Source of the DNA: Eledone cirrhosa | Lineage: Eukaryota | Assembly: GCA_964016885.1 (NCBI GenBank) | Contig: OZ024741.1 | Location: forward strand, 169,198,001 to 169,262,000 | Direction of reading: 5' to 3' | Length of the DNA stretch: 64,000 nucleotides | Part shown: positions 13,199-25,949 of the stretch, piece by piece | How the letters are laid out: each line of letters begins with the position of its first letter | Position numbering within the stretch: the first letter of the stretch is position 1 | Notes under the pieces: generated by a model | The model's input: the letters and a program-made list of their open reading frames with translations, nothing else | The model's database searches: none | Told to the model about the DNA's origin: nothing | Program-made: the position numbers and the translations under genes

Positions 13199-13397
13199 GA
13201 GGAGGTGGGGGCATATTGACTATATGCTTCAGCTTCGGCTTGTACCCATGGGAAGTCGGGTCTTCTGTATTACTGCGTGACGCCAGAGGTCACGGTCCTG
13301 TGTCATTGCCTTTGAGAGGTGCAATTGGATAAGGTCGGCTTTTATCACCTCATCCCAGGTCTTCTTGGGTCTCCCCACTCCAAGGCTTCCATCGACT

Positions 13398-13479
<82 letters not shown>

Positions 13480-13898
13480 TCAGCTAGGATGTGGTAAAAA
13501 ACCAGGTAGACCATAACCCACCAGAGTACTCGATACTTAGGGTAGTAGTGTGGGTAATATGAAAAGATTCAGGACACCGACGACCGGAGCTCAGCCGTCG
13601 GTGTCCTGAATCTTTTCATATATATATATATATATATATTTATTAAAATAACAGATTAAAGTTTAAGCAAAGAATCGCTGCTTTCACCCTTAACGGGATC
13701 TTCTGAAAGCAGCGATTTTTTTGCTTAAACTTTAATCCATTATTTTAATAAATATTTGCTCTACAGTTCTTATATATTTGATATATATTTATCCTTATCG
13801 AGCCCTCTTTGGATTTTAGTCTTCAAATTTATTATTATTACTATATATATATATCATCTCTTTTATGTCCATTAAAAAAATATATATTTGTATATATA

Positions 13899-13934
<36 letters not shown>

Positions 13935-14681
13935 GGTATAGATATAGATATAAATGTATATATATACAAATATATACATATATGTATATATATATGTGTG
14001 TAAATACGTGTATATACATCTATGTACATATATACATATATGTGTGTGTGTGTAATATACTAGCAGCCTCTCAGCCCTCACCACGGTCAGTACTGTACTC
14101 AAATCTATTCATAAGACACTTATTTTTATCTGTCGTAATGCCCATTGTCCTTAGAATAAAAGATTTTAAAAGATATTTAAATATAGCATAACAATTTTAA
14201 AATTTTATTTAGAATATCTAAATACCGAAAGTAATAAAGAAAAGAATAGAAAAGTGCATTCCACAAAAATTATAAAACATTTACAGAACTTCAGTATATA
14301 CAATGTAGTTAGCATTGATCGATTTATAGGTCCAGCTACCTCCAGGTAGAGATTTTGTTGATGGCATTCATAGTGATGTTTTCATCATCATCATCATCAT
14401 CGTTTAACATCTATCTTCCACGCTAGCATGGGTTAGTCGGTGACATTTACAGTGATGTTTTGTGTGGCAAGAATTGCTCTTTCACAGAACCACTCCTCAT
14501 TGGAATGGTGGATTTGGAAATTGGTGAACACTTTATTAATTAAGCCATCAATACTTTCCACAACAGTACAAAATGATGAAGGATCAAAACCTTCAGTATA
14601 AAGAGATTGTTTTTCTATAAGGTTCTTATCTATAACTCCAAGGGCACCCCTCCATTCCTATATCTGTTATTTGTATAGAAG

Positions 14682-14865
14682 GGCGGTGGATTGGCAGTAT
14701 CGGTAGAGGGTCAGACACCATGCTTTCCAGCATAGTTACGTCCCTTTACGATCTGAGTTCAAATCCCGCCGAGGTTGACTTTGCCTTTCATCCTTACGGG
14801 GTCGATAAAATAAAGTACCAGTAATGCACTGGGTAATTGCTGGCCTTGTGCCTAAAGTAGAAACA
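14682..14865 (+). mobile_element. Nin/Deu-domain SINE with a 16-bp target-site duplication
   Basis: GTTATTTGTATAGAAG at 14666-14681 and again at 14866-14881. Confidence 0.9.
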
Positions 14866-15096
14866 GTTATTTGTATAGAAGAAATCTCTGAGGCTGGGAA
14901 AATCTGATGTTCCCCCCACATTCCATTTTTGGAAAATATAAAACATTTAGAGAACTTTGGAGTATATATGAAGAGTTTGTGGGGTCTTCCTAGTCTGGAA
15001 TAATCTACATACAATTGAGAAACATCTCTTTTCTATATGGAGACTGACAACCTGCAGGGTTTGACCTTGGGACTTGTTAATGGTCATCATGCTTTG

Positions 15097-15238
15097 AAGC
15101 ATAGAGTTACGTCCCTTTATGATCTGAGTTCAAATCCCGCCGAGGTTAACTTTGCTTTCATCCTTACGGGGTTGATAAAATAAAGTACCAGTAATGTACT
15201 GGGTAATTGCTGGCCTTGTGCCTAAAATAGAAACAATT
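15097..15238 (+). mobile_element. Nin/Deu-domain SINE, 5'-truncated, inserted in the Helitron helicase remnant
   Basis: Family B sequence interrupting the helicase reading frame. Confidence 0.8.
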
Positions 15239-15544
15239 ATGTAACTGACTCTCACTGAGAATTACAATTATTTGAAATGAAAAAAGAACATCTGTTGGTA
15301 TTAGCAGCATTCTAGGTATAAATGTGATGTCAGGCTTACCACATCCAGTGAGGAGTTTGACTTCGATAATATGAGGCTGTAGTTCAGTCACAACCATATG
15401 CATCCCATTGCACAATCTTCGCTAATCCAAGTTTCTGAGAAGCATGGTGACAGTGCCCTTCTCCAATTCAAGTTTGTATGCAACATACCAGATTGTTTTG
15501 TCTATGTTAATTAACAGACATACATCTTTAGCTGCTGAGGCCTG

Positions 15545-15735
15545 TGTGTCAAGTTGTTTTTGACTACTTTCAAATTCATTCTTCAACAGGCCGATATCGT
15601 CTGCCTACTGAAAGGCCCAGGGCCTTTAATAGCTGCCTCTATTTCAGCCTCAATGTTGAAATCATGTTCAATGGGGAGAATTTCTCTACTTACTATAACT
15701 GATGGTGCATTTAAGAGATTTGAAAAATACATATT
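15545..15735 (-). mobile_element. Degenerate LINE ORF2 fragment
   Basis: YFSNLLNAP...AEIEAAIKGPGP resembles the pre-RT region (EI..AIK..KAPGPD). Confidence 0.45.
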
Positions 15736-16346
15736 CCATTTGCAACTCTATTGTGTATCATGCTATGTTAGTGCTGCTGTTAATTAAATCTAGCCAGTCA
15801 ACTCCACACTATATATATATATATATATACACATACACACAAAAGATAGTGTTAGGGTCTTGGTAAAATGCCCCCAGTACACTCTGTGAAGTGGTTGGTG
15901 TTAAGAAGGGCATCCAACCATAGAAAATATGTTCATTGTACACAGTGTTAGGTGTTTGGTGTTGGAAAAGGCATCCAGCCATAGAAACCAAACCACCAGA
16001 CCAGTCAGGTCTCAGCACCCAACAGCCATCTAACCCATACAAGCATGGAAAATAAATGTTAAACAGTGATGATGATATATATAAATATTAATAAATAGAA
16101 GCTTTTGCTGTATGTTAACTAAATAAAGTTAGCCTGAGATAGTGATGTTTAAAACTGTCTTCAAAACAAATGCTTGCTTTGATATATAAATATATATAGA
16201 TACAGCATATATTAAAATTTCATACATATAGCATGCATGCGCAACCTTAAGTTTTGGAGTCCAGTAAAGGCCATCACTGTATATTGGAGAATCTGTTCTA
16301 ATACTGCCTCACTAATCAGGAACAAGGACACAATTTAAAGTTTTAA

Positions 16347-16384
<38 letters not shown>

Positions 16385-16580
16385 ATATGCATGTGTTAGA
16401 CGGTTTTGTCCCATTAAAGAATCACTGATAAGACTATATATATACAGTCACCCGACCCAACTTTCCTTTAATGGGACAAAACCGTCTAACACATGCTAAT
16501 GTGGAAAATTAATATTAAATGATGATGATGATGATATATGTACCCACACATGCATATATTATATATAAACATCCACATAC

Positions 16581-16615
<35 letters not shown>

Positions 16616-16620
16616 TACAC

Positions 16621-16658
<38 letters not shown>

Positions 16659-16667
16659 CCATAATCG

Positions 16668-16698
<31 letters not shown>

Positions 16699-16794
16699 TA
16701 TATCCATAATCCATATATATATATATATATATATATCCATATACATATTTATATATATATATGTGTATATATATATATATATCCATAATCCATA

Positions 16795-17138
16795 TTATCA
16801 TTTCATTTTCATTTTACGTCTGCTTTTTCCCTGCTTGCAAGGGTGGGATGGGAACTGATTCTGGCTTGATTTCTACAGCTGGATGCCCTTCCTAACACCA
16901 ACCTCATTTACAGTGAGTGCTGGGTGCTTTTTTTGCCGTGGCACCTGCACGACCACTTTGCAGTGGAATGATATGGACCCCAGTCCCTATCATCTTATTT
17001 CTACAGCTGAGTAAACTGGAGCAATGTGAAATAAAGTGTCTTGCTCAAGGAAACAACACATCACCTGGTCTGAGAATTGAACTCACAACCTTACGATTGC
17101 AAGGCCAATGCTCTAACCACTAAGCCATGTGCCTCCAT
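16795..17138 (-). mobile_element. Family A SINE
   Basis: Full-length match to family A. Confidence 0.85.
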
Positions 17139-19549
17139 ATATATATATATACATCCATAATCCATATTATATATATATATACATACATATATATGTCTGT
17201 GTGTACATACATATATATAGAAATAGATATATAAATCATGTAATACTATGGCTGTACACTGACGACATTCATTGCCTTGTTTCTCATAATTAGAATCAGT
17301 TTAGTTATTGTAATGTTTAAATGACAACAGTGTTATCAATTCTAAAGGCGAGATTAAATAAATATGGCCATACAACATAATTGATTTGATTGATAATATC
17401 TGTTCATTTCATTCTTATAAAAACAAGTCATTGTGCCTACCCAAACAATCAATATTATGATAGATTAACCAGAACAGCTCTTAGTGATTTCATAAAATTG
17501 CTGAGAAATCATTATTCAAAGGCAATGGCAAATTACAAATCATTACAAGCATATTTTACCCTATTATCTTTTGATTGCATACAAATTGTTAAGTATTTGC
17601 AGGTTAGGGGCCTAAATATTTCTTATGAACTCATCATTAATTATGACATACATCTCTTCATTTTCCAACTATCTAAATATCAGCAGAAATGAGTAGTTGG
17701 CTTATTTTAAATTGCAATTTAAAAGAAGCCTATTTTTATAGCTTGAGTGAATTACCATTAAAGTATCTTGAAGAAAGATAAACATACCTTATCATTTGGT
17801 GAAAATTATGCTGTATTAACAATCATTTTGTAGTTTCCTTTTTTTATTCAAATAATTCTAAATATGATTGTGATGGAGCTTTGAATGACAAATCATTTTA
17901 ATCAAATAAGGCTAAATTAGTTTGGTTAATGATACAGTTATGCTTCCTTACATTAACATTTATATCTAAATTAGGCACAAGGTTGATGAAGGAGAGGGGA
18001 GTAAGAAATGACAAGGTGAAAAATTGGCACATTTTTAAAGTGTGCATTTCAGCTCTCTGCACTCTCAGTTCAAATTACGATGAGGTTAACTTTACCTTTC
18101 ATACTTTCAAGGTTAATAAATATTTAAAATACGCCAATTCTGTTGATGCTTACAATATTCCTATATTTTAACTTAGCTTTTTTTTTCTTTTAAATGAAGT
18201 AGACCTCTGTCAGTTTTGATAATGAGTGATCCATCTTCTTAACCACTCAAACATGCCTGTGTCTATTTGATTGAAGATATATTGTATCCACATTCTTTTC
18301 TGTGCGATAATTATTTCACAATTGAATACATTTGTCTAGAGACATTTTTATATAATTAATGGCTCTCTTCTGATATGCCTTGGTAAGCCACATTATAGGA
18401 CCATCAGGCTAATTTAACATCTTCATTCAATAATATTTAACAATGCTTCTGTAGTAGTTAGTGGTTTGTTACAAACAAATGAGATATTTTCTTTTAATTA
18501 AATAAAGCTCACCATAGACACACATAGTTTTACCAATTTCATAAAATTGAAATTGTAATAAAATGAAATTTACAGCTCACACATATGCAGGTTTAGCTGA
18601 ATTTCCACAAAGTTGCATCTCATAGGTTTATTGGGTGTTTTAACCCTTTTGTTATTATATTTATAAGGAAAGCCATAACTTTTATGTTTCAATTTATTTT
18701 TAAAAATCAAAAATTTAAAGAAAAGTTAATAAAATAACTAACTTTTCCATTAGTAAGCTGATGTGAGGAACATTACTTAACAAAAAGGTTCTTACATAAA
18801 ACTGTATTGAAATGTTATTAGATAGCTATATATACTTTAAAACATGGAATTTTGTATCATAAAAATCAAGATGGTTTCAGGCGAGTTGTCATAAAAAGAG
18901 TTAATGCAGTCCTATCATGAAAAGCAAAATGAAATGTAGTGGTTTGTTCAAGAACATTATATGCCATCTGGTCCAGGAATCAAACCCGCAATATAGTGAG
19001 TGTCAGTCAAACACCCCAACCACTATGTCATGTATCTAGACGATGTACTGTAATGTAAAATAAAAGATCAATAAGAATCAGTTTAGTCTAGTTCTCATGA
19101 AAAGCAATAAATCTTTCCAGATAACACTAAGTAATTTTAATTTTGTTTTATTTTCTATTTTTTTTAACCAATTCTTAAGATTACCTCCTCTTTTAAACCT
19201 AGTTACCTGTACTGTTTCAATAAAATAGTGAAATCAACTCAAACTAGAATAAAAGATATTTAACTTCATGCTGATAAGCATGCTATACTTATATTATGTA
19301 TAACTTATGACTCTGTAGACTAATCTATATATGTGTGTATATATATAAGTACAAATGTGTGTGTGTATATATGTGTGTATATATATATATATACATATAT
19401 TTTGTATATATGTGTGTGTATATGTATATATGTGTGTGTGTGTATACATATATATGTGTGGATAGATGATAGTTTCTTTTCTTTTCTTTTGTCTTCAACT
19501 TAGAACAACATAGACAATACAGTAAAAAAAGCAAATGTTTATTCAAATG

Positions 19550-19590
<41 letters not shown>

Positions 19591-20381
19591 TCATCATCAA
19601 GCGGACGTAAAATGATGATGATAATGATATATACCGTCATCATTATCATGAAATATATGTATAAATATTTTTTGTATATATATATATATAGACAGTATAT
19701 ATAGAGAGAATAAGAAAAAGCGAAGTAGTTTCAGATGTTAAACTCCTTTAATGATAATGCTGTGATACATATTTCAATGACGACAGTGGCCACATGGTTC
19801 GGTGTACCCAGTGCTGTGACATCATCAGACAGCTTCTTACATAATAAGGTTGTTTCCAAGGCAATCCAAATTGAATCGACATGGGAACGGACAAAGTGTG
19901 TGCTCTTGAATTCTATGCCTGTTCCCTTGTGAATCCCAATTCACCCCCACCAGTCTGTGCAGGCGCAAGTCTGAAGGAAGTTGACCATCAACTACCCCAA
20001 AGTTCTAGGAAACTCGCCTAGGCAGGTCCCCCTCTCAACCAAACAATCACCCCATCCAGGTCTGTAATATGACAAGGTTATAGTGTACTGCTAGTCACTC
20101 TGCCAGTGGCGTTTGGCCGAAAGCTAGTGGGAGAGTATGAGTTTCAATAGGTCTCAATACTACCCCTAAATTAAGCATGGACAGTAGGATTGACCATCAC
20201 CCGCTAAGAGAATATATTCTTATTTCTAGGTATTATGGTTTCACTGTGGAAATTATGATTGAGAATTAGAAATTAAACCTGAAAATTCTTCGCTTTTTCT
20301 TATTCGATATATACTCCATCACTCCTATGTGGAAAAAGTATGTTGAGTGCTTGAATTGAATTACATCAATATTTACCTTAA

Positions 20382-20417
<36 letters not shown>

Positions 20418-20419
20418 TC

Positions 20420-21859
20420 AACATCCTCATCATCATCATCACTTTTAACATCTTATTTTTCCACTGTTGTATGAGTTAGATGGGTCCTTTTCAGCAGACC
20501 ATATCTCCACTCATTGCAATCCTTTGTCATGTCTACCGTGAGCTTCAGTGATTTGAGATCAGCTCTCACAACTTCTGTCCAGATCTTCCTTAGTCTTTTT
20601 CTACTGCACCTTCCTTCCATTGGAATTTCTAGACACTTCCTCACCTACCAATTATTATCTAGGCACATCACATGCCCATACTAGTGCAGTCTTCTCTCCT
20701 GCACACAACATCTGATTCCACTTATACTCAGTTTCTCTCTCAATTCATCTATGCATTGTCATTCATATACTTTAACATTTTACATCCATCGCAGCATGCC
20801 CTCTCCAGTCTTTGTATATTTTCTGCAGTCATTGCTCATGTTTCACTACCATGCAACATTGCAGATTGTACACAGGCATCATACAGCTGACCTCTCTTAT
20901 TTGTAGGGACAAACCTTTTGGGACAACAGCGGTAGTTTTATTCTAACTACTATGCTCCTGGAGCACCTGCTTTCACTGCTAATTTGGTCACCACTTCTAT
21001 GGGTCCTTCCTAGGATTGAAAAATATGTATATCACTGACACTTTTACTATCAATTTCCCTGAACATCTATTACATAAAAGTCTTCCTTTCCTATTAGTCT
21101 GCCTACTACAAAACCTGTGTATCCAAGATTTGCATTGTATACATAGTATAGAGGTTCTACCTACTCCTTCTCTGCATATCAAGCAAGGCCAATTTCCTGA
21201 CGGCATCAGGGGCTTGTCTTCTTTCCTACTTATTAACACTTTGGTTTTTGCTAATTTACTCTCAGCTTGTTTGATTCTAAGTTCTCTTTCCACAGCCTGA
21301 ATTTGTTCCCTAGTTCTACTGAGGTTCAGCTATAAGAACCAGATCATCAGCATCCAGAAGTTCCTATGGACAACCTGTCTTAAACTTCTCTGTATTAGCT
21401 TGAAGGATTACAATAAACAGAACTGGACTGATAACCGAGCCTTGATACACTCCTTCCTGCACTTTGAATTCATTGTTAAACCCATTTCCTACTGACTTTA
21501 CTAATAGTTTTTCTGAACATGGTTTACACTGCTCTCACAACCCATTATTCTACACCTAGCTTCCTAAAAGGACCACCAAATAAAAGATCATGGTACTCTG
21601 TCAAAGGCCTTTGCTAGATCAATGGAAGCTAGATATCGAGACTTACTCTTAGCTAGGAACTTCGGTCTAGTTGTCTCACTAAGAAGAAGGCATCTATAGC
21701 ACTTTTCCCAAGCATAAACCCGAACTGCATCTCATCTGGTTTAACTCTTTTTGTAATTAGCTGTACTAGAACTCTTTATGTCACTTTCATAACTTGGTCT
21801 ATTAATTTTATTCCTTTGTAGTTGCTCCTTTCTAGCACATCACCTTTTTTTCTTGTATA

Positions 21860-21860
<1 letters not shown>
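20420..21860 (-). mobile_element. Degenerate RTE-type LINE (RT, PHD-like finger, 3' end)
   Basis: DL.KAFDRV and GVYQGSVISP-like RT motifs; WPCLICREGVGRTSILCIQCKSWIHRFCS; KCLEIPMEGRCSRKRLRKIWTEVV; (GAT)n tail. Confidence 0.8.
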
Positions 21861-21893
<33 letters not shown>

Positions 21894-22488
21894 AATTGGG
21901 ATTGGTGCTCTGAAATAGCGTTGTATACATGAATGTTTAGCGGTTATGATATGTTATAGTTAGTAGCGCCACGTGTAGCATAATAATGATGTCAACAGCA
22001 GAAATAAGAGATGAAATGTATGTTTATTTTGTTGTAGCACAAAGTAATGTTTGTTAAATTGTATGGTTGAAGTTAAACATAAAAATGGTTACAAAAGGAA
22101 TGTGGCATTGTGCCAGGTCTAAGGAAGGCCAAAGTGCAAATCTCACCATTACATTGTTTGTGTTGGTCCTTCCGCGTTCAAGCAGCAAGAGAGTAAGTGG
22201 TCTTTACCTTAGCACGGTCAGGATGCAAGAGAGATTTCTTGAATCGACGCGGGAATTTTTCCCTCAGGGCGCGTGTAGAGATACATTCTCCTCAGCTGGT
22301 GGTCATTGGCTGGGCTGAGCCAAATAAATATGAGCCCGCGGAATGTAGGTCACTACAAATGTATCTATAGTATATTTGGTAATATACCGTATGTTTAATT
22401 AAAAACATTTTGAAGACCTTGCGCTATCATTTTAAAGTAGTGACTATGTCACTTACTTCTTTTTTCGCCATTCATATATATATATATA

Positions 22489-23100
22489 TAAACGGAAAAA
22501 ATGAAACGAAATTTCATTTCCCACTCTTAGTACGGCTGTTACTTAAATATAAGTATGTATACGTACATACATATATGTATACAGACGTACAGTAGTATGT
22601 ATATATATATACATACATGTACACATATATATATGTACGTATGGATTCACCAAACATTTATTATAATGCTCGGTGTGTTTGTAAACAAACATCCCGTATT
22701 AAGCCGTAGTGTCTAGCAACCATCGTTGCTCGTTTGTTCAACTCTGACAAAGAAACGCTGTACTAGTTTCAAGCTTATTAGATATCGTCAGCAACGTATA
22801 CCTTCCTGCCAGATTGTTGAACGTATATACTTACCTTATGCATATTAACGGCCGAGTAGCCCAATTTGCATATCGAGTTGGTTAATCGGCCGGGTGCACC
22901 GAAAACGATAAACGGAAAAAATGAAACGAAATTTCATTTCCCACTCTTAGTACGGCTGTTACTTAAATATAAGTATGTACACGCATATACATATATGTAT
23001 ACAGACGTACAGTAGTATGTATATATATATACATACATGCACACATATATATATGTACGTATGGATTCACCGAACATTTATTATAATGCTCGGCGTATAT
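22489..23100 (+). repeat. Head-to-tail tandem of a repeat of about 420 bp (1.5 copies); relatives at 31503 and 46630-47050 (minus)
   Basis: ATAAACGGAAAAAATGAAACGAAATTTCATTTCCCACTCTTAGTACGGCTG starts at about 22488 and again at 22908. Hairpin CGGCCGA...TCGGCCG ends the first unit. Confidence 0.75.
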
Positions 23101-23119
23101 ATATAAATATATATACATA

Positions 23120-23680
23120 CATACATGGTGGCTGCCAACTCGTTTTCGAGTACGGCCACTACTTTATATCCATGTAGGAGAACCCCTACCAATGCGCTGA
23201 ACGAGTGTGACTTTTTAGTCCAGCCAGCGACTTGAAAACTCTGGTACAAACACTACACCTGTGACAATTATTGACACATAGTGCTGGGCCCATGGTTCCA
23301 TGTGACGACAAGTGCAGAGAGATCAGAGATCTCCAGATATAAAGCAATGCCTGTGCCGTGAAGCTTTTATAGTGAGCAAAGGCACTGCACAAAGCCAGTC
23401 CCACTCTCTTAACCAAGATAATATTTACCAAAAAGAAGAACAAGTCAACATCATTGGATACCATCAGGGTTGCAGGTGTTATATCAGAGTTTTCCTTCTC
23501 CTAGAATTCTGCCTTGACAAAGGCTAAGGGGTCATCTCTCCCAGTGATTTTGGATGGCCATTGACTCTTAAGAGCTCCTTTGCCCTTTGACAGGTTTTGT
23601 TTTTAGTCCTGCAGGATGTCCAAAGTCACCCTCCTCACCAAGAAACCTTGGTGGGGTTGCCAGTTTAGTCGCCAACGACC
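23120..23680 (-). mobile_element. Short RTE-LINE-derived element with a C2H2 finger, copy 2
   Basis: CSVCTRVFKSLAGLKSHTRSAH at the 3' end followed by an (ATGT)n tail. Matches 190-745. Confidence 0.6.
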
Positions 23681-24194
23681 CGACCATACATACATACATA
23701 CAACGACCGACATACATACATACATACATACATACATACATACATACATACATACATACATACATACATACATACATACATACATACATGCATACATACA
23801 TACATACATACATATGACTTTTAGAAAAATCCTTCATCCAAGTTTCATCTTTCTTATATTGAACAAAGCAATACAACTATATGGGGCTCTCCTGCTGAAA
23901 CAGACATCGGTCCCTTACTCCTTATATACATGGGTATGTGTTGCTTGAGGTTCTGTTTACACATATATACATATCCCAGCCTACACTATAGTAGAATCTA
24001 TATTGGCTACTCAAGAAATCTAGAGTTTGGTTATGCTGCTAGGATACTATAAACATAGTGACTAGTGATAGCTTCAGCAGACAATAGCGCTGGTGGTTGC
24101 TACAAATATCTGAGTTACAATAGAGTACACAAAAGAACCAAATATATATACATCTATAAATTTATGTCTACATTTTATTAAAGCTAAATAGTGC

Positions 24195-24229
<35 letters not shown>

Positions 24230-24230
<1 letters not shown>

Positions 24231-24410
24231 TTAATATAGATGAGATTCTACAGGACTAGAACTGTTTCATTCATTAGAAATCATGATGATTTCTAATGAA
24301 TGAAACAGTTCTAGTCCTGTAGAATCTCATCTATATTAAAACTTTTATACTCTGCTATGTATTGAGTACCTTACTTACTGTGGTTACCTACGATTCAACC
24401 CGGAATAACG

Positions 24411-24441
<31 letters not shown>

Positions 24442-24740
24442 GCCATTTAGCTATATATATATATACATACATACATACACACACATGCACTCACACACAT
24501 GCAGACACACACACACAAACTCACACAAACAAACACACACATATATATATATATATAAGTTATTCCGGGTTGAATCAGAGGTAACCACAGTAAGTAAGGT
24601 ACTCAATACATAGCAGAGTATAAAAGTTTTAATATAGAAGAGCTTCTACAGGACTAGAACTGTTTCATTCATGAGAAATCATCAGGGAGCCTGAATGAAA
24701 TGTTCTAGTCCTGTAGAAGCTCTTCTATATTAAAACTATA
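24230..24740. repeat. Two further family H palindromes arranged tail-to-tail
   Basis: CTACAGGACTAGAACTGTTTCATTC...GTTCTAGTCCTGTAG at 24248-24322 and 24645-24716, with shared 3' tails pointing inwards. Confidence 0.75.
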
Positions 24741-25137
24741 TTATATATATATATATGTGTGTGTGTGCGTGTGTTTATATATATATATATATATAAAAAA
24801 TAAGTGACTGAAGAAACATCACTATTTTGATGCCTCCTGTTTTCTGGAGGTATGGTCAAATTGGGGCCTTGAAATTTTGGAAGTTTCGCTTACATATGAA
24901 AAATATTTACTGTTATACTCTATACATATATATATTTATTAAGAGAAAGATCTATCATATAATATATTAGATTCCTATAGCCAAAGCAAAGCGTGCTTGA
25001 TGCTTAGAGAGGCAATATTATAGTGGGATTAATATTTAAGGAGAGTTAATTACAGAGCGGGTATAATCAAAAATATATGGAGGAGAAAGCAAGACAGTTA
25101 AAAACAAGGTTTGATTCTTACACTGTGTTTCATCTTC

Positions 25138-25192
<55 letters not shown>

Positions 25193-25193
<1 letters not shown>

Positions 25194-25402
25194 TAGAAAG
25201 TGAGGTTTTTTTTTACAAAATGAAATATAACCGAGGTGTCCTACACGAGTGAAAGTATAAAGAAAAAAAGATGAAATCGAAAATGCAACCGGAGTCTTAT
25301 TTTAAAAAAAATATATATATTTATTTGTTCCTTTACCGGTTTCGCAGTTCTTCTGCTTTTCAAAAGTAGAGTTGAGATGGAGGGTCTGTGGTTTTTCTCA
25401 CA
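25193..25402 (-). mobile_element. Short element of about 210 bp, family D, with a U3-A8 hammerhead variant (25331-25366)
   Basis: CTT-TTGAAAA-GCAG-aagaa-CTGC-GAAA-CCGG-TA^AAG. Same ends as the copies at 43443-43657 and 50381-50572. Confidence 0.7.
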
Positions 25403-25444
<42 letters not shown>

Positions 25445-25762
25445 ATGTAGGAGGTGAGTTTTATTGTAGTACAATAAAGCAATGCAGATATCGGATAAGA
25501 AGCACTCTACAGTTTGTGGGACTGGAGTATGCATAATATAAGATCAAAAGATGGTTAAAGGAGTTCCATATATTTTATTATGCGCATTTCAAAAACAAAC
25601 ATCATCAAGCAATAATATTTGTGTTTTCATCAGATAAAACAGGAGAACATGATATGAAGGCTAAAAAAACACTTGTTGATAGTGCAGTTTTAAATCAACA
25701 TATATGTTGATTTAAAACTGCACTATCAACAAGTGTTTTTTAGCCTTCATATCATGTTCTCC

Positions 25763-25833
25763 TGTTTTATCTGATGAAAACACAAATATTATTGCTTGAT
25801 GATGTTTGTTTTTGAAATGCACATAATAAAATA
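25763..25833 (+). ncRNA. Type I hammerhead ribozyme (minimal helix III); inverted copy at 25571-25641
   Basis: TTTTAT-CTGATGA-[16-bp stem II with G-U pairs]-GAAA-T-gc(a/g)c-ATA^ATAAAA. Confidence 0.8.
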
Positions 25834-25863
25834 TATGGAACTCCTTTAACCATCTTTTGATCT

Positions 25864-25894
<31 letters not shown>

Positions 25895-25949
25895 GTTGAA
25901 AATGAACAAACAAAATACAGAAAACAATTTTATGCAGTTATTTATATAT

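Larger units (their letters stand above)
14058..15495 (-). mobile_element. Degenerate Helitron with PIF1-type helicase fragments
   Basis: KLELEKGTVTMLLRNLD*RRLCNG...FIPRMLLIPTD; MTINKSQGQTL; LYVDYSRLGRPHKLFIY; FCTVVESIDGLINKVFTNF...WFCERAILA. CTAG 3' end near 14060. Confidence 0.85.

Noticed and set aside
17250-18600. Possible exons of a second gene in a non-repetitive AT-rich stretch
   Set aside because: No recognisable protein motif or consistent splice and frame pattern on either strand.
19735-20210. GC-richer unique-looking segment
   Set aside because: Possibly an old TE UTR, but I could not support any ORF, structure or second copy.
23186-23280. Host C2H2 zinc-finger gene exon
   Set aside because: A single finger inside a dispersed repeat with a simple-repeat tail. 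The other copy has lost the last His.
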